A DNA stretch of 64,000 nucleotides, from assembly GCA_965153455.1 (NCBI GenBank), contig OZ234493.1:36818213-36882212 (forward strand), in the 5' to 3' direction. The stretch is from Sphagnum compactum (lineage: Eukaryota). Shown here piece after piece: positions 48,527 to 62,612 of this stretch (its first letter is position 1; the number at the start of each line of letters is the position of its first letter). The position numbers and the translations under genes are program-made. The notes under the pieces were generated by a model, which had not been told where the DNA came from, made no database searches, and saw only the letters and a list, made by a program, of their open reading frames with translations.

Positions 48527-51500
48527 ATTATTTCCTAATATAGTAGTATTAAGCAAGTTATTACTACATATCGACATGGTCGTTTGTACACCCCATGATT
48601 TTTTTGATGCCACTGGTTCCATCTTTCCACCTGAGCTTGGGAATTAGAGAAATTGAGCTTTGCGACTGAGATTCATTTTCCAGCTTTCTCTGCAAGTGAC
48701 TCTTGTTAGGAAACATTTGTCTTGTAGCTCATGGGTACATCGATGATCTCTTGAGGGTGGATTCATATTCGAACTTGGCAAGTCGGTGTTTCATCAACTC
48801 ATGGGTGTACTGTTTTGCCTGCTATTTGATAAGAGATGAACAGATCTGCGGCAAGTTCTTAAGCTTAACATTGCTGACTAGCAACATGCCAAATTTCAAA
48901 CTTAGTTCCTGTGTGCATCACTGTTTAACCCTAAACCGTTTTTGATAGAGATGCTACGATGCTTTGCTTGAGGCTGACATATTATCAGCAGCAGCATCAG
49001 TGATCAGCTTAAGGAAAGGTACAGCTTTTGTGCTCTGCCAAGTTGTTAGTGGCAGAATACAGAGACAACCAACCCATGGTATATTGGTTTGTTGTGGACA
49101 CAAATTTCTGATCTTGATGAGAAAATCCCACATTCTTTTGTGCGAGCAGTGTGGGTCCAATTGTACAGATTTGTGTGGTAAACCCATCGTGAGTTGAATC
49201 AAGGACTGGAATTCTAGACCTGGAAGAAACTGTTCTGGTTTTCTTCTCTCCAGGTTTTTGTTTCAAATCGGTGTTATTGAGGAGGAGGCTGTGATCGCAC
49301 TTCAAAACACTGGATGTCGGTGAGGCCACGCTGCTTGTTCATATTTGATCGTGATTTCCTCTAAGAAGTTGGAGAGCATTTTTTTGACCATTCGGACTAA
49401 AGCCTGCCCCAGTGCATCAAGTGAAGTATCCCAATGATGGGTGAATCTTGTAGTTATCCAAGTTCTTTCAACGCAAAGGAAAAACAGATTAAGTTTTAAT
49501 TGAGTGGGCGAAAGGTTAGGCAAAAGGCACAAGCACCCAATGCATGGAAACATACCGTAGCACTCTCATGATGGATTATTCACCTGGGGAGGGCTTAAGT
49601 TTCTCTTTTGAACCAACTCACATTGTAGATGTGTGATGTTTTCATACCTTACTTGCTTCTTTTCATTCTTCTTTGGTGTAGCGATGCTAGGGGAGGAGAC
49701 AGCTGCAATCTATACGTGTTGCGCAGCGGTGATCGATCGAGTGCAACCGAACGCATGGTTGGTTGAAGAAACAAACATGCAGTCGTGTCTGGAAATGAAC
49801 GAAGGTTCCACGTGAGAAACTTGGAACAGTAGAATCTCCAAGACCTGGCTGAATCTGATGGGGAGAGGATAAAACCAATGACCCCAAGTCATCCCTCACG
49901 AACTAAACATGATTGGCATCGACTCGAACTACTTCTTGTTGCCGATCTCCGTTGATGTTCGTTTCGGCAGTCCGATGGGTGAACTCTCGGGCTCGCACCA
50001 CCCCGAAGAAGAAGTAGCCCAGCACCGAGTTCCTGCAGCTCTTTGCATACAGCTTGATCGTTCGAGCTGGGGCAGAGAATGACCGGACATTGCGTTGCAG
50101 CAGGTGGTAATTTGTGCTTTATGTCATTCTCTTTTAGCTTCCGAACTTCGAGGGGATGCATACCTTAAGGGTCCATCCAAAACAATCTCTTCGAGGCAAT
50201 GCACGATCCCAAGAGGACCGGTGGCTTTCTGGCATGCTTGCATTTTACCGAGGGTAGGACGCCCTCTAATTATACCATGGAAGGTCTAATTGTTCTTTAT
50301 GAGTTGATGAGGCGCAAAATTTTACAACCTAATCCATACCATCCTTCGATCGCTGAAATCTCTGTAAAACTAAGAGCCTCCAGAGTTTTCTTTGAGCAGA
50401 CAGCCACTTTGGGTATGTATATGTTTTGCCTCGATCATGCAGAGAAAGGAAACAAAGGTGTTTCATTGGTCATAACACTGACCACAGCATTTTGGCTCAT
50501 CTTTGATTCGTGACGGTCCCGGGTGGGTGCGTGCACGCGAATGAACCACTGTCCAACCCGCAAAAATTTGTAACATTTTGAACCCATCGAGAAACAAATC
50601 ACATCACATTTAAAGTGATACCCCTCACCATATTGCATATGATACATGTTATTGTTCCCATTTGCCTTTCCCCCCTGCGATGGGAAAAAAGTTGGGCATC
50701 TTCAATGCACGTTGAGGGTTACTTCTCAAGTCCTTTTTTTTTTTTTTTTTTGCAATGGATCGCTTTGATCAATTCATGACAAAAAAACTTCCAAAACTTT
50801 GGAAATTTCCCCCAAATAGAAGTTTGCTCTCCCAATGTATGTAATTGTTCAAGGTTAATTGATATTGGTCATCACTAATATATATATTTTTAATGTATCT
50901 TTGCCCTTCGAGAGAAAACATGGAATGGTGGTTGTTTTGTTTTCATTGACAATGTTTAACAGGACAAAGATGGTCTATTGAATGATTTATAATTCATGAC
51001 ATTATAACATGTCTAAAATTAAGTTTTTTATGTGATTTAAATTGGATTTTTAATATTGGAAATTATTGAGATCTCCCATGAAACATTATTGACATATTAA
51101 ACTAATTTCAAAAAATGGCTTAAATCACTAACTGCATTTGGAGGCATGAAAGCAAGGTTTTTTCTTTTTTCCCTCATCCATGCCTTTGTGGGCACCCATA
51201 CCAAAGAAAAAATTTATTTATTCTTCCCATTCTTTGCTTTTGTTGCTACCTAGGTAAAGGTTCAAGCAAGTTTTCTTTCTTTCCCTTTTTCCCCTTTTGC
51301 GGTCGTAGAGAGGGGTTCAAGCAATATTTCATTCTTTTTGTCACCCTCCCTTTTTCCGTTATGGTTGGTGAAGGGTTCAAGCAAGGACCTTTTTTCCCCT
51401 CTTTGCCTCGCGTTCTTTCGTTGTTTTCATATCAAGTTGTCTCTCATTTGAGGCAATTACATGTTCAGTAACTAGTCAAAATGGGACTTGGTGAAACAAA

Positions 51501-53682
51501 AAAGGTTTCATGCAATGTCTTTTTGGGTCTTCTACCAATGCCCTTTTGTGTTTTTTGGGCATCCCTTTTCAATGTTTACAAATAAATAGTTTTTGTTTTG
51601 ATATCATTGGGAAAAATATTGTTGCCAATAAGTAGATAGTTTTTGTTCTATTACCAATGTTGTGAAAATATTGTTGGCAATAACAAGGGTGGCGTGTGTC
51701 TCCTCACCATTACTTCCTTTAAACTCCTTGGTGGCTTGAAAGTTATGGAAGCTTTCCATTGGAGTCCAATTGGGGAGCATCTTGGTCACAACGAGAATTC
51801 TCGAGCTCAATAGGAGGTTGTAAATTCTTCTTTCACTCAAAATTTTTCAATTTTCGTTGTTTACTTGAAAGATTTAAAGATTTTGTCTTGATGATGATGT
51901 TTTACAATATGTACATGGTTTGTAATGTTTGAATTTATAAGGTTATTCTAGTATGGGTTATAAAACTAGACTTGATTTAAATTTGGAACTATAAGATTTT
52001 GTTATCAAATTGTTGGCTTTTGAATTTTACCAAAACATCTACAACAACATGCACATTCACATTATGTATAAACATTCTCTATACGTTCATACTTCATTAT
52101 TTTGACACATAACATGGTTTCATCTACATTTCATTTTTTTTTTCAATTGCCATCAATCAAATTTTATTTTCCCATTTGCATTTCATTTGGGCATCATTGT
52201 TCTCCCCATAATTTCCACTTCATTGGATTACCATTTTGACTCGTATTAAGTTGGGTGTCCATTTATTTGTTAGTTGCTCATGGATAAGTTTTTCTTTTTT
52301 CTTTTTTACAAGTTTATAAATAATGGCTTGTTTTCACCACAAGAATGAGAAACCTCGAACTTAGAGCTAACTTGAGCCTTCAACTTTGATTTGGGAAAAT
52401 GGATATAAATCATGGATGAAAATTAAATGTTGGATGAATGGGCACAAATGGTCAATAGATAAAAAAACATCTAACCAATTGTTGGAATTCATTTTATTAG
52501 AAACATCTAGAAGGAAACCATGAAAGAATTAAAATTTGTATTCCATTTCATGTGAAATATTTCATTCATGACCAAGGACAAAAACATTGCATCTTGTTGA
52601 ACTACAATGAAATATGTTCAATGGAAAAACAATAAATACTCCAGAATTCAAGTAATTGGAAATGCAATAAAACAAGGAGGTTGCAACAAAACCACAAGAG
52701 TTCAAAATAGTGTCAAATGAAAATTTTACATCTTTTGAAATGAATCTAACGATCGGAAACATTCCATGCAAAAATTACTATGTGGTCAATATCCGTATGC
52801 AATCAATGTGAAAGATCTCACACAAGACCATTTTTTCCCAATCTGAGCGCACATTGCAAGAAAAATGTGTAAGAGGTTTTCTCACGTGTCCTTCGCCCTG
52901 GTAGGTCTCATGTGAAAGGAAATAATTCGACAGCCAGAATCCAATGAAAGTTCGACCATCCACACTTAGTTTTCGGTGATTTCAAATCGGAAAAAAATCC
53001 CTATATTTCGAATTTATTCATTTATTTGGGGCAATTTCTTCCCCCAAGAAAAAGGACGCCCTAAACCTTGGACAACATTTTTTTCTCCAAGTTTGCGATG
53101 TAGCCAGTTTGGCAATGCTCCACAATTCAGTTCAGCAAATTTTGATTATCCACAAGATAAAGTAAGAGAGTAACAAATTAAAAGGGAATTTTAGTGTTTT
53201 CTAAATAGTTGTTTCTTAGAGTTGTAAAGTTTCCATTTTCGTGGGTTTTCTATAGATACTTTCCCCTTGGTTTTGTTATTTTATATATATATATATATAT
53301 TTTATTTGTTGTGCTTGCTAGAAAGGTTGGTTCATATTTCATATTTCATTCTTAGTTTTCATTTTCTACGATGTTTGCAAAAAACTATTTCTCTGTTGTG
53401 TATTTTTCCTTTTTATTCTACACAGTCAATTTTTAAATTTTAGGGGGTTTGAGTTTTCAAATAAAACGTAGTTTCTTCGCCTTCTTTTTCTTCCGACAAT
53501 TTTTGTTGTTTATTTCTTTTTGTATGTTTCTTTTCTTTTTCTTTTACGACCTTTTTTTGGGCATTTGTAACTTTGGATAACCTTTTTTTTATTTTTTTTA
53601 TGTTTTTTGGGTTTCTTTTTTCTTATACTTTGGTTTTTCAAATACGTAAGTAGATCGATAATACTTATAAGATTTTGTACAG

Positions 53683-54530
53683 GTGACTACAAGAATTCCT
53701 CTCAGCTATGCTTTAATTTGTGATTGCGCATAACTACATCCCTTGGTTTGATTTGTTGTTCGCACGGGAGCCAACGAGCATTTCGATTGAGACACGAACC
53801 GTATTTAAAAGTCAACCTGGATTGCAAGATATTTTGCACGGCTCCTACGTCCCATTCCATTCCGCCCAACATCGAGCATGCCGTATTTATGAGCAAATCT
53901 TGGTAACGTTCATGTTGATATTTCTAGAAATAATCCAACGACCAAAAACGTTGGATGCAAAATTTGCATCGTGGTGGAGAGAACGTTGGAATCAAAATGG
54001 AAGATCTCACGTAAAGCATTTTCTACCAACCGCAGTTGAAAAAAAATGTGCATGAGATTTTAGGCTTGTCCTTCGCAATGCCAAGATCTCACGTTAAAGG
54101 AGGTAAATAAGCTCTGAAAATCCTATGATCTCGAACGTATCGTTGTACGTGGGACAAGATTTCTTGCCTTGAATGAAACAGACTCAAGGTAACTCAATGC
54201 AATATAAAAGATTGCACAGGGTGGTCGACTCATTGAATCATTCACGTAAAGGTTTTTTTCGCAGGTCATTGATATATACTTGAATCGCACAACCCTTATT
54301 CCCTCCGTGCACAATTCACAAGCTAGAAAGGTGCGGAATTAGTTTTATTTTAGCATAGCCAATCCTTTTGATGGCATTCTGTTGATCATAAATTGTTGTT
54401 AGTTTTTTATCAGCGTTTATGGTCTTCCAAGAGGCGTCAATTTTCTGTCCATTTGCTTCAAAATATTTTCAGTCTTATGATCGTATTTTTTGCAGATGTG
54501 AGAACCCGAAGCCACCAACCTGATAGACAT
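53683..54530 (+). pseudogene. 5' exons of an unidentified spliced gene remnant interrupted by chromovirus copy 3
   Basis: Protein-like ORF 53720-54055, small GT-AG exon about 54264-54329 (VIDIYLNRTTLIPSVHNSQARK), and frame EPEATNLID joining MPSNVR across the TSD. Confidence 0.4.
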
Positions 54531-55349
54531 TGACGCGCTCCTTGGTCCCGAGGTGAACCCACTTAAGGGTTCACCAATGTGAAGTTGCGGAAAGTGGGGA
54601 CCGAAGGGCACGCTCCCGACTTCCAACTCTAGAAAGGGGTAGAGGGTCGAGTTGGGAGCCCCGAGATTAGACTAGGAAGATGGACTAGTAGATCAAGCAC
54701 GAATCTGCATCCAAAACCAACCACAAATGGGTTAGTTCACATTCGGGAACACCCTTGGTGTTGGGACAAGCCATGGACACTTTGGACTACTTGATTCACC
54801 ACGGCCCGGACTTGGGGGAAGCCACCACCTTCCCCCTTATAGTTATCTCTGCAGCTCACCACGGAGGCTACATCCAAATGGCACATTTTGTTGGGACTCC
54901 CGAAATGGAGTCCCGAAATTGTCCTGGCGGGACTCTCGGGACTTTGAACGGTCATAACTCCCGATTCCGAAGTCCGATCGCAACGAGGTCTAAACCAAAG
55001 TTGTAGCCCTCGTCGAGATCTTTCCAACGCCATGTTGCAGTCCCTGAGGCGACGTCGGCAAAGGGTCGATTCCCGACTTTTAGTGGTCGGGAGTCAAACT
55101 GCCATTTTGACTCTCGGCCCTTCTTTTGCCCATAACTTGGGCTTTAGATGTCCAAATGGCCAATGCGAGGCCATTTTCGATATCTACGTTTCAAGACCTT
55201 TCCAATGACACCAAGAACACTCCAATGCGAGGTGTTTTGCCCCTTGCTGTCGAGCTCTGAACATTCGGGAGTCCCGGAGGACTCCAAACCTCCAACTTTT
55301 CCAAGTGTTGGGCTTCACCCCCACACTTGGACAAAGTGGGGTTGCGACA
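54531..55349 (-). repeat. 3' LTR of copy 3 (family A)
   Basis: TGACGCGC...GTTGCGACA next to the PPT complement. Confidence 0.96.
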
Positions 55350-56127
55350 CTCTCCCCCACTAGAAGAAAGAGGTCAATGTCCTCATTGACACTTAGAATT
55401 TTCCTTCATACAATTGCAATTGCTTTCTTTTGGATCCTTGGCCATTTGCCGACTCTTGCGGCTCGGACCTTGTCTCAAGCTAACTTAGGCGTCCCCGAGT
55501 TTCCAACACTTTCTTGACAAGTCCAAGAGGGTCTTGTAGGGAACCCTCTTTCTTTGCTTCGTCAAAAGACTAAACTAGCCTAATTGACGAAGCCCTCATT
55601 TGGGAGGAACCTTTTTCCATCCTTCCCTTCATGAGGACTTAAGTCAAGTCTACTCTTGACTTAAGCTACTTGACATGACTCCTTTCCCTATCTCGCGCCT
55701 TGGTCACAACAACCAAGTTTTAACTAAAAGATTTGCTTATCAAGGTACGAGAAAGGATATTTAGGTTTGCCAAACCCAAGTCCCAAACTACACTTAAAGT
55801 ATGCGAGCGGGGTCATGACTTCCCACGTTGGCCACACTACCAACCAACCCTTTGGGATGCACTTAAGGCATGTGCATGTCCCCGCAAGCTCACCTTGCTT
55901 GCCTCCTCTTTTGAGGCCAAGTTTCCTCAACCCCACAGTAGGAGTCCGATTTTGATTTGGGCCTACGCAAGAGAGTTCTATTTGTCCATGCCACAACCCT
56001 ATTTGCCTTAACAAATTTTTCATGATACAATCTCTTGGAAGTTTTAAAGCCCTTTTTATTTCACTTGCAACTTGATGTGGTACATTTTATGAAACTCTCC
56101 CCCTCTAAAAGAAAGGTGATGTCCTCA

Positions 56128-59100
56128 TCACGCTCTACGTCTTTTCTTCGCCGGTCTAGTGTGGAATTCTTCTATGGCTTCTTGGGCATGTTCCATGTCG
56201 GATTCATTCACCCAAGAAGCCTCTATTGCATGGTAGCCTTTCCACTTAACTAAGTATTCCCGCTCTCGCCCTCTAAGTTGCCTTGATTTGAGCACGGCCT
56301 CTACCTCAAACTCGGGTTCATCATGAACCAAGTCCGGTGGAGGCCTTGAGTGATGCTCTCTATTAGGCCTTGAGGCGTCGCGGGAGACCGGCTTCAAAAG
56401 GGAAACATGAAATGTGGGATGAACTCTAAGATTTTCCGGTAATTCTAACTTATAAGTGTCGGAAAGTTTCTTTTCCAACACTTTGAATGGACCCGCAAAT
56501 GGGCCCATAAACTTATGACTTAACCCTTCGGGCAACCGGAAGTTCTTTATGTTCAACCACACCTCGTCTCCTTCTTGAAACTTCACCTCTCGTCGGGACT
56601 TGTCCGCAAAATCCTTGTACCTTTTGTGCGCCTTTTCCAAGTTGGCTTTTGCCAACTCCCACAAGCGCTTTCTTTCTTCATCTAGTTGTGTGACCATTAG
56701 CACTTCCTCACTTGCATCAATCGAAGGTTGTCCTTGTGCGGCCCAAGTCATGGGCACAATTGGTGACTTGCCCGTCACCATTTGGAATGGGGTGGATCCC
56801 GTTGCAGAATGTACCGAGTTGTTGTAACAAAACTCGGCTAACTCCAAATGATCCACCCAATCTTGTTGATCCGCCGCCACATAATTCCTTAAGAATTGTT
56901 GGATCACCAAGTTCACCCTCTCGGTTTGTCCATCGGTTTGGGGGCGGAATGAAGTGCTCATTTTGAGTTCCGACCCCATTCGCTTCCACAAAGCCCTCCA
57001 AAACTTACTCGTGAACTTCGGATCCCGATCCGACACTATGTCCTTTGGAAGGCCATGATGCTTGAAAATGTGGGAGAAGAACAACCTCCCCGTCTCTTGA
57101 GCCGTGGCTTCATCCTTTGTGGGAATGAAGTGTGCCATTTTGCTAAACCGATCCACCACAACCATGATGGCATCGAACCCCTTTAAAGGGGGCAAACTTA
57201 CCATAAAGTCCATTGACACACTTTCCCACGGCGCTTCGGGAATTGGCAAAGGTTGTAACAAACCCGCTTGCTTCTTGTTGAGGGTCCGGTTTTGTTGACA
57301 AGTTAAACAAGTCTTCACGTACTCCTCCGCATCATCCTTCAAGTTGGGCCAATAGTAGGACTTCTTTAGGAATGTTGTGGTGCGCTTTGTACCACCATGG
57401 CCCGCAAGCGGTCCATCGTGACATTCCTTCAAAAGTGTGTCCCTAATTTTCCCTTCCGGCACATAGAGTCGGTTTTGCTTGTACCACAACAATCCATTTT
57501 TCAAGTGGAAGTGGGACTTGGCTCCATTTTGGATGCTTTGCCTTACCTCCTTGGCAAAAGCATCCCGGCGGTTTGCTAATCTAACTTCCTTTTGAAGTTC
57601 CGACTCTCCCACATACACCACTCTAAGTTGGTGTTTCCGGCTCAAAGCATCGGGGACTATGTTCTCCTTTCCCGGCTTGTGCCGGATGTCCACATTGAAC
57701 AAGGCCAATGTGTCTTGCCACCTTTGTTGTTTTGATGACAACTTGGGTTAAGTTGCGAAGTACTTCAAGGTCACATTGTCGGTCCACACCACCACATCTT
57801 TGGAGCCTATGTAATGGCCCCAAGTCTTGAGACAATGTATGACCGCCCACATTTCCTTCTCGTGAGTTGGCCACCTTCGCTCCGTCTCACTCAACTTCTT
57901 GCTTTCAAAGGCCACCGGTCTTCCATCTTGCACTATGACACCCCCAATTGCAAAGTCGGAGGCGTCGGAATGGATTTCAAACTCCTTGTCAAAGTCGGGC
58001 AACTTCAACACCGGCGCCTTTACCAAAATGCCCTTCAACGTTCCAAAGGCTTCGTCGCATGCTTCATCCCAATTATAAGTGACGGCGGACTTCTTCAAGA
58101 GGTTTGTCAAAGGTGACGCTATTCTTGCAAAGTTCTTTATGAACTTGCGATAATAGGAGGCCAATCCTAAAAAGGATCTCAAGGCGGGAACCGAGTTAGG
58201 CGGCTCCCAATCCAAAATCGCCTTAACCTTGTGATCATCCATCATCAAACCATCTTGAGTTATCCTATGCCCAAGGAAATCCACTTCCGTCACCCCAAAT
58301 TCGCACTTCTCAAGCTTGGCATACAACTTGTTTTCCCTTAGCCTTTGGAACACCTTGCGAAGGTGCTCCGCATGCTCTTCCATGGAGCTACTATAAATCA
58401 AAATGTCGTCTATGTAGACGACCACAAAATCATCAAGCCATTCGCGGAAAATGTCATTCATGAGGGTGCAAAATGTTGCGGGTGCACTGGTGAGCCCAAA
58501 GGGCATCACCAAGAACTCGTATGACCCATACCTTGTGCGACAAGCGGTCTTTTCTTCGTCCCCTTCCGCGATCCTTATTTGGTAATATCCCGAACGTAGA
58601 TCAATTCTACTAAAAACCTTGGCTCCCGAAAGACGGTCAAATAGATCATCGATGCGAGGTAAAGGATAACGATTTTTCACCGTTGCCTTATTGAGTGCTC
58701 TATAATCCACACACATCCTCAAAGTCCCATCCTTCTTGTGAACAAAAAGGACGGGTGCCCCATATGGTGACTTGCTTGGTTTGATGTAACCTTTCGCGAG
58801 GAGTTCCTCAAGTTGAACCTTGAGTTCCTTCAACTCCTCGTGGCTCATTCTATATGGGGCCTTGGCGGGCGGTTCCACTCCCGATATCACTTCAATCGCA
58901 TGATCAACTCGTCTTCTCGGGGGCAAGTCTTCGGGCAACTCTTCGGGCATCACATCCGGGAACTCTTGTAAGACTTGCTTTATGCACTTGGCGGAAGCCA
59001 CCAACTTGGTGGCTTCCTTGGGCTCATATTCGTCCAACACCCGCATGACACACATCATGCCGAAACCCCCCACGCACTCTCTTTCCCAAGCTTTTCCTAA

Positions 59101-60609
59101 CATGAAGTGAATGGTTGAACCACCCACACAAGGCAACTCATGTGCCTTAACTCGCACAATCCCACTTTTAGATGGGATTCTAACCAACCTATTGTGCCCT
59201 TCTATGAGCACATTGTTTTGGGTGATGAACTCCATTCCGAGAACACAATCCATTCCACCCAAGGTGGAAACCAACAAGTCCACCTTTCCTCTCCAATTTC
59301 CCAATTGGAGAGGCACTCCCTTTGCTTGTAGTGTAGTTGGATGGGGAACCCCATCCGCGAAATGCACCTCAATGGGTGCCTTGAGCTCCTCCAAGTGGAG
59401 CTCCATCCTTTCGGCGCCCTCCCGAGTTATGAAGTTGTGGGAGGCCCCTGTGTCCAAAAGACATAAGATTTCTCGTTTAGCAATCTTCCCTTTCAAGAAT
59501 ATAAGTCGATTGCATTCCGGTTGGGCTAAAGTGGCATTGAGAGCAAGTACCTTAGAGCTCCCAACCCCCGTTTTGGATTTGGGACAATCTTTGGAGTAAT
59601 GCCCCACCTCGTTGCAATTGAAACATGCACCCTTGGGCTTTGCTCCAAAGTCTCCCTTGGTTTGGCTCCCTTTGAAAGGAGCCCCTTTTTTCACGAAGCT
59701 ACCTTTTGGCTTGAACCCCGAGCCTTGGAATTGTTTTGGCTTATCCTTGGTTGGGCTACCTTGCCCCCGGTTCCATTCCCCCTCATGCCTTGGCTTTTTG
59801 TGAAGGAACTTGTTGTCCTTCTTGAACCCGGATTTGTCGCTCCGCCCCACATCCGAGAAGTTCTCCACTTTCGTGATGGCCTCGGATAACGAGGCGGGCC
59901 AACTCTCCTCAAGCTTTCGCTTGGCCCAAGTCGGAAGTCCCATCACGAATTGGCACACACGATCCAACTCGTGCATGTGCCGGATCTCCAACATGAGTTC
60001 GGAATAGGCCCTCACATATTGCCTCAAATTTTCATTTGTGGCATTCACAAGGTCGCGGAGTTTGCACCTAGAAATGTAGTCGGAGTTTCTCGGAATGAAC
60101 TCCGCCTCAATGCGATCCTTGAAAAACTCCCATGTATAGCCATGGTTCTTGCCCTCCTCTTGTCTCACCGTCCGCCACCATGTGGCGGCATAGCCTTTCA
60201 AGTAGGATTGGGCAAGCTCCACGGCGGAATTCCGTCCAACCTTGGTGGCATGAATATAATCATCCATTTCCGCAAGCCAAGCATCCACCACCTTACGGTC
60301 TCGGGCACCATCGAAATTTCCGGGCTTGGCCGGTTGAAACCTTTCACCTTTGGAGGCCCCCGTTTTGAGGGCCGCCACCAACTCACCAATGTCGGGCCTA
60401 TTCATCTTGAGGAGGACTTCAAGTTGCTCCGGGGTGAATAGGACCGAGCTCCGTTGTTCCTCCTCACTCTCGGGTTCAACCTCGGGCTCATCTTGGTCCT
60501 CCCGGAAGTTTGGTTCCTCCCCAATTGATTCCGGCGGGGCTACTAGGTCATCGACGGGCTCCTCGGACCTAGGCTCCGGGGCTAGCTTCCGGTTCTTCTT
60601 GGGTGCCAT
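56128..60609 (-). pseudogene. gag-pol of copy 3, intact except for one nonsense codon
   Basis: ORFs 57748-60699 and 56128-57741 are in one frame with CAA>TAA at 57748-57750. YIDD, DTG, HHCC and the chromodomain are all intact. Confidence 0.96.
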
Positions 60610-60638
60610 CCCAAAAATGTCGTTCAGCTTCACCTTGA

Positions 60639-60650
60639 GCTCTGATACCA
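60639..60650 (-). promoter_or_regulatory. Primer binding site (tRNA-iMet) of copy 3
   Basis: GCTCTGATACCA, 2 nt from the 5' LTR. Confidence 0.92.
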
Positions 60651-60652
60651 CG

Positions 60653-61472
60653 TGACGCGCTCCTTGGTCCCGAGGTGAACCCACTTGAGGGTTCACCAAT
60701 GTGAAGTTGAGGAAAGTGGGGACCCAAGGGGCACGCTCCCGACTTCCAACTCTAGAAAGGGGTAGAGGGTCGAGTTGGGAGCCCCGAGATTAGACTAGGA
60801 AGATGGACTAGTAGATCAAGCACGAATCTGCATCCAAAACCAACCACAAATGGGTTAGTTCACATTCGGGAACACCCTTGGTGTTGGGACAAGCCACGGG
60901 CACTTTGGACTACTTGACTCACCACGGCCTGGACTTGAGGGAAGCCACCACCTTCCCCCTTATAGTTATCTCTGCAGCTCACCACGGAGGCTACATCCAA
61001 ATGGCACATTTTGTTGGGACTCCCGAAATGGAGTCCCGAAATTGTCCCAGCGGGACTCCCGGGACTTTGAACGGTCATAACTCCCGATTCCGAAGTCCGA
61101 TTGCAACGAGGTCTAAACCAAAGTTGTAGCCCGCGTCGAGATCTTTCCAGCGCCATGTCGCAGTCCCTGAGGCGACGTCGGCAAAGGGTCGATTCCCGAC
61201 TTTTAGTGGTCGGGAGTCAAACTGGCAGTTTGACCCCCGGCCCTTCTTTTGCCCATAACTTGGGCTGCAGATGTCCAAATGGCCAATACGAGGCCATTTT
61301 CGATATCTACGTTTCAAGACCTTTCCAATGACACCAAAAACACCCCAATGCGAGGTGTTTTGCCCCTTGCTGTCGAGCTCTGAACATTCGGGAGTCCTGG
61401 AGGACTCCAAACCTCCAACTTTTCCAAGTGTTGGGCTTCACCCCCACACTTGGACAAAGTGGGGTTGCGACA
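60653..61472 (-). repeat. 5' LTR of copy 3 (family A)
   Basis: Direct repeat of 54531-55349. Confidence 0.96.
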
Positions 61473-61889
61473 GACATGCCCTCAAATGTTCGGATTAACA
61501 TCCTTAAGTTTTTATGGGCTGGGGAGTATGATGCATGGGAATATGAGGAGAATGGTCGCATTTTAACAGTTGACCTGCATAAGTTGCTTGCCCCTGTCAC
61601 TGATGAGTGGGAAAAGCAAATGACAGACATTCTGGCCCATGTTCACCTCGGGGTGGTGGACCATCTCATCATCCTGGCATACTTAGAAGCCATTGAAAGA
61701 AGCAGACGTTGTTATACATTGTATCACCCCCTAAAGGTAGAATGGTTCCCAGAACTTGATAATCTGGTCCACAATCCGCCTCCGAACATGCTCGTCACTA
61801 TTAAAATGCATGGTGACGACATCCCTGAGGTGCATCCTAACAACATATATGAAACGCCTGGTGACGACATTAATGACAAGAAGGAATAA
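61473..61889 (+). pseudogene. 3' exon of the unidentified gene interrupted by copy 3
   Basis: Open frame DMPSNVRINILKFLWAGEYDAWEYEENGRILTVDLHKLL...NDKKE* with protein-like composition; family not recognised. Confidence 0.45.
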
Positions 61890-62612
61890 ATTTGTCATCG
61901 TAATAGTAATCATTCATTTTTGTCGGCATTGTGAGAAAAAATGCTTTTGCTAGTTTTGTAGTTAATCTTTTTGCGAAGGATTGATTGCGATGTAAATACT
62001 TGATGCAAAAGCAATGAAAGTTCAAAAAGATGCAGATTGTTCATTGTTGTAAGAATTGTGAAAAAAATACTTGTAATGGCTTTGCAGTCAATTTTTTTTT
62101 GGTTTTGCACGCATCAAGTGTAATTCTTTAGTGGAAAAACCAGTGAAGGCTCATGGCCCCACTGAATGTAGGATAGCCGTCACCCAGCGAAGTCAACTGG
62201 TCTACCATGCTCATGGACACCCTACCTTTGAACTGCAATTCTTGACCAGTTGTAACTTTTTCACCTGAGAGCAATATTGAATGTGACCTTGTTTTCCTTT
62301 GCCATTTGTTTGGCTTCTAGAATCATGACTTTCTTTATTGATTACTTAAGTCAGTCTACAATGTTACATGTGTTTATGTCAATTTGTTTAGAAGGAGTAC
62401 GTGCATACTATGACCTCTGTGCCAATTCTATCATTTTTGAGATAGCATGGCTTCTTTTACAGATTCGTTATGAGAGGGGGGGGGGTTTGGACGGAGGAGG
62501 AGGGGTAAGGGGGTTAGCTTTTTTTCGTAAAGCTTTTTTTTCATTATTGAATGGCTAGTGAAGGGGGCCATGGGCTTTTACCAGATGCATACATTGAATT
62601 GAATGTTACTAG

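Larger units (their letters stand above)
54531..61472 (-). mobile_element. Chromovirus copy 3, full length (6942 bp)
   Basis: LTRs 54531-55349 and 60653-61472, TSD GACAT (54526-54530 and 61473-61477), PBS 60639-60650, PPT 55350-55361. Confidence 0.98.

Noticed and set aside
48650-50550. Decayed minus-strand coding-like sequence as a KDZ-type transposase partner of the TET/JBP-like gene
   Set aside because: Manual translation of the frames showed no recognisable transposase catalytic or CxC motifs. It is left unassigned pending a profile search.
50700-53680. AT-rich stretch that may hold old transposon debris
   Set aside because: No termini, TSD or protein motif could be supported by eye.
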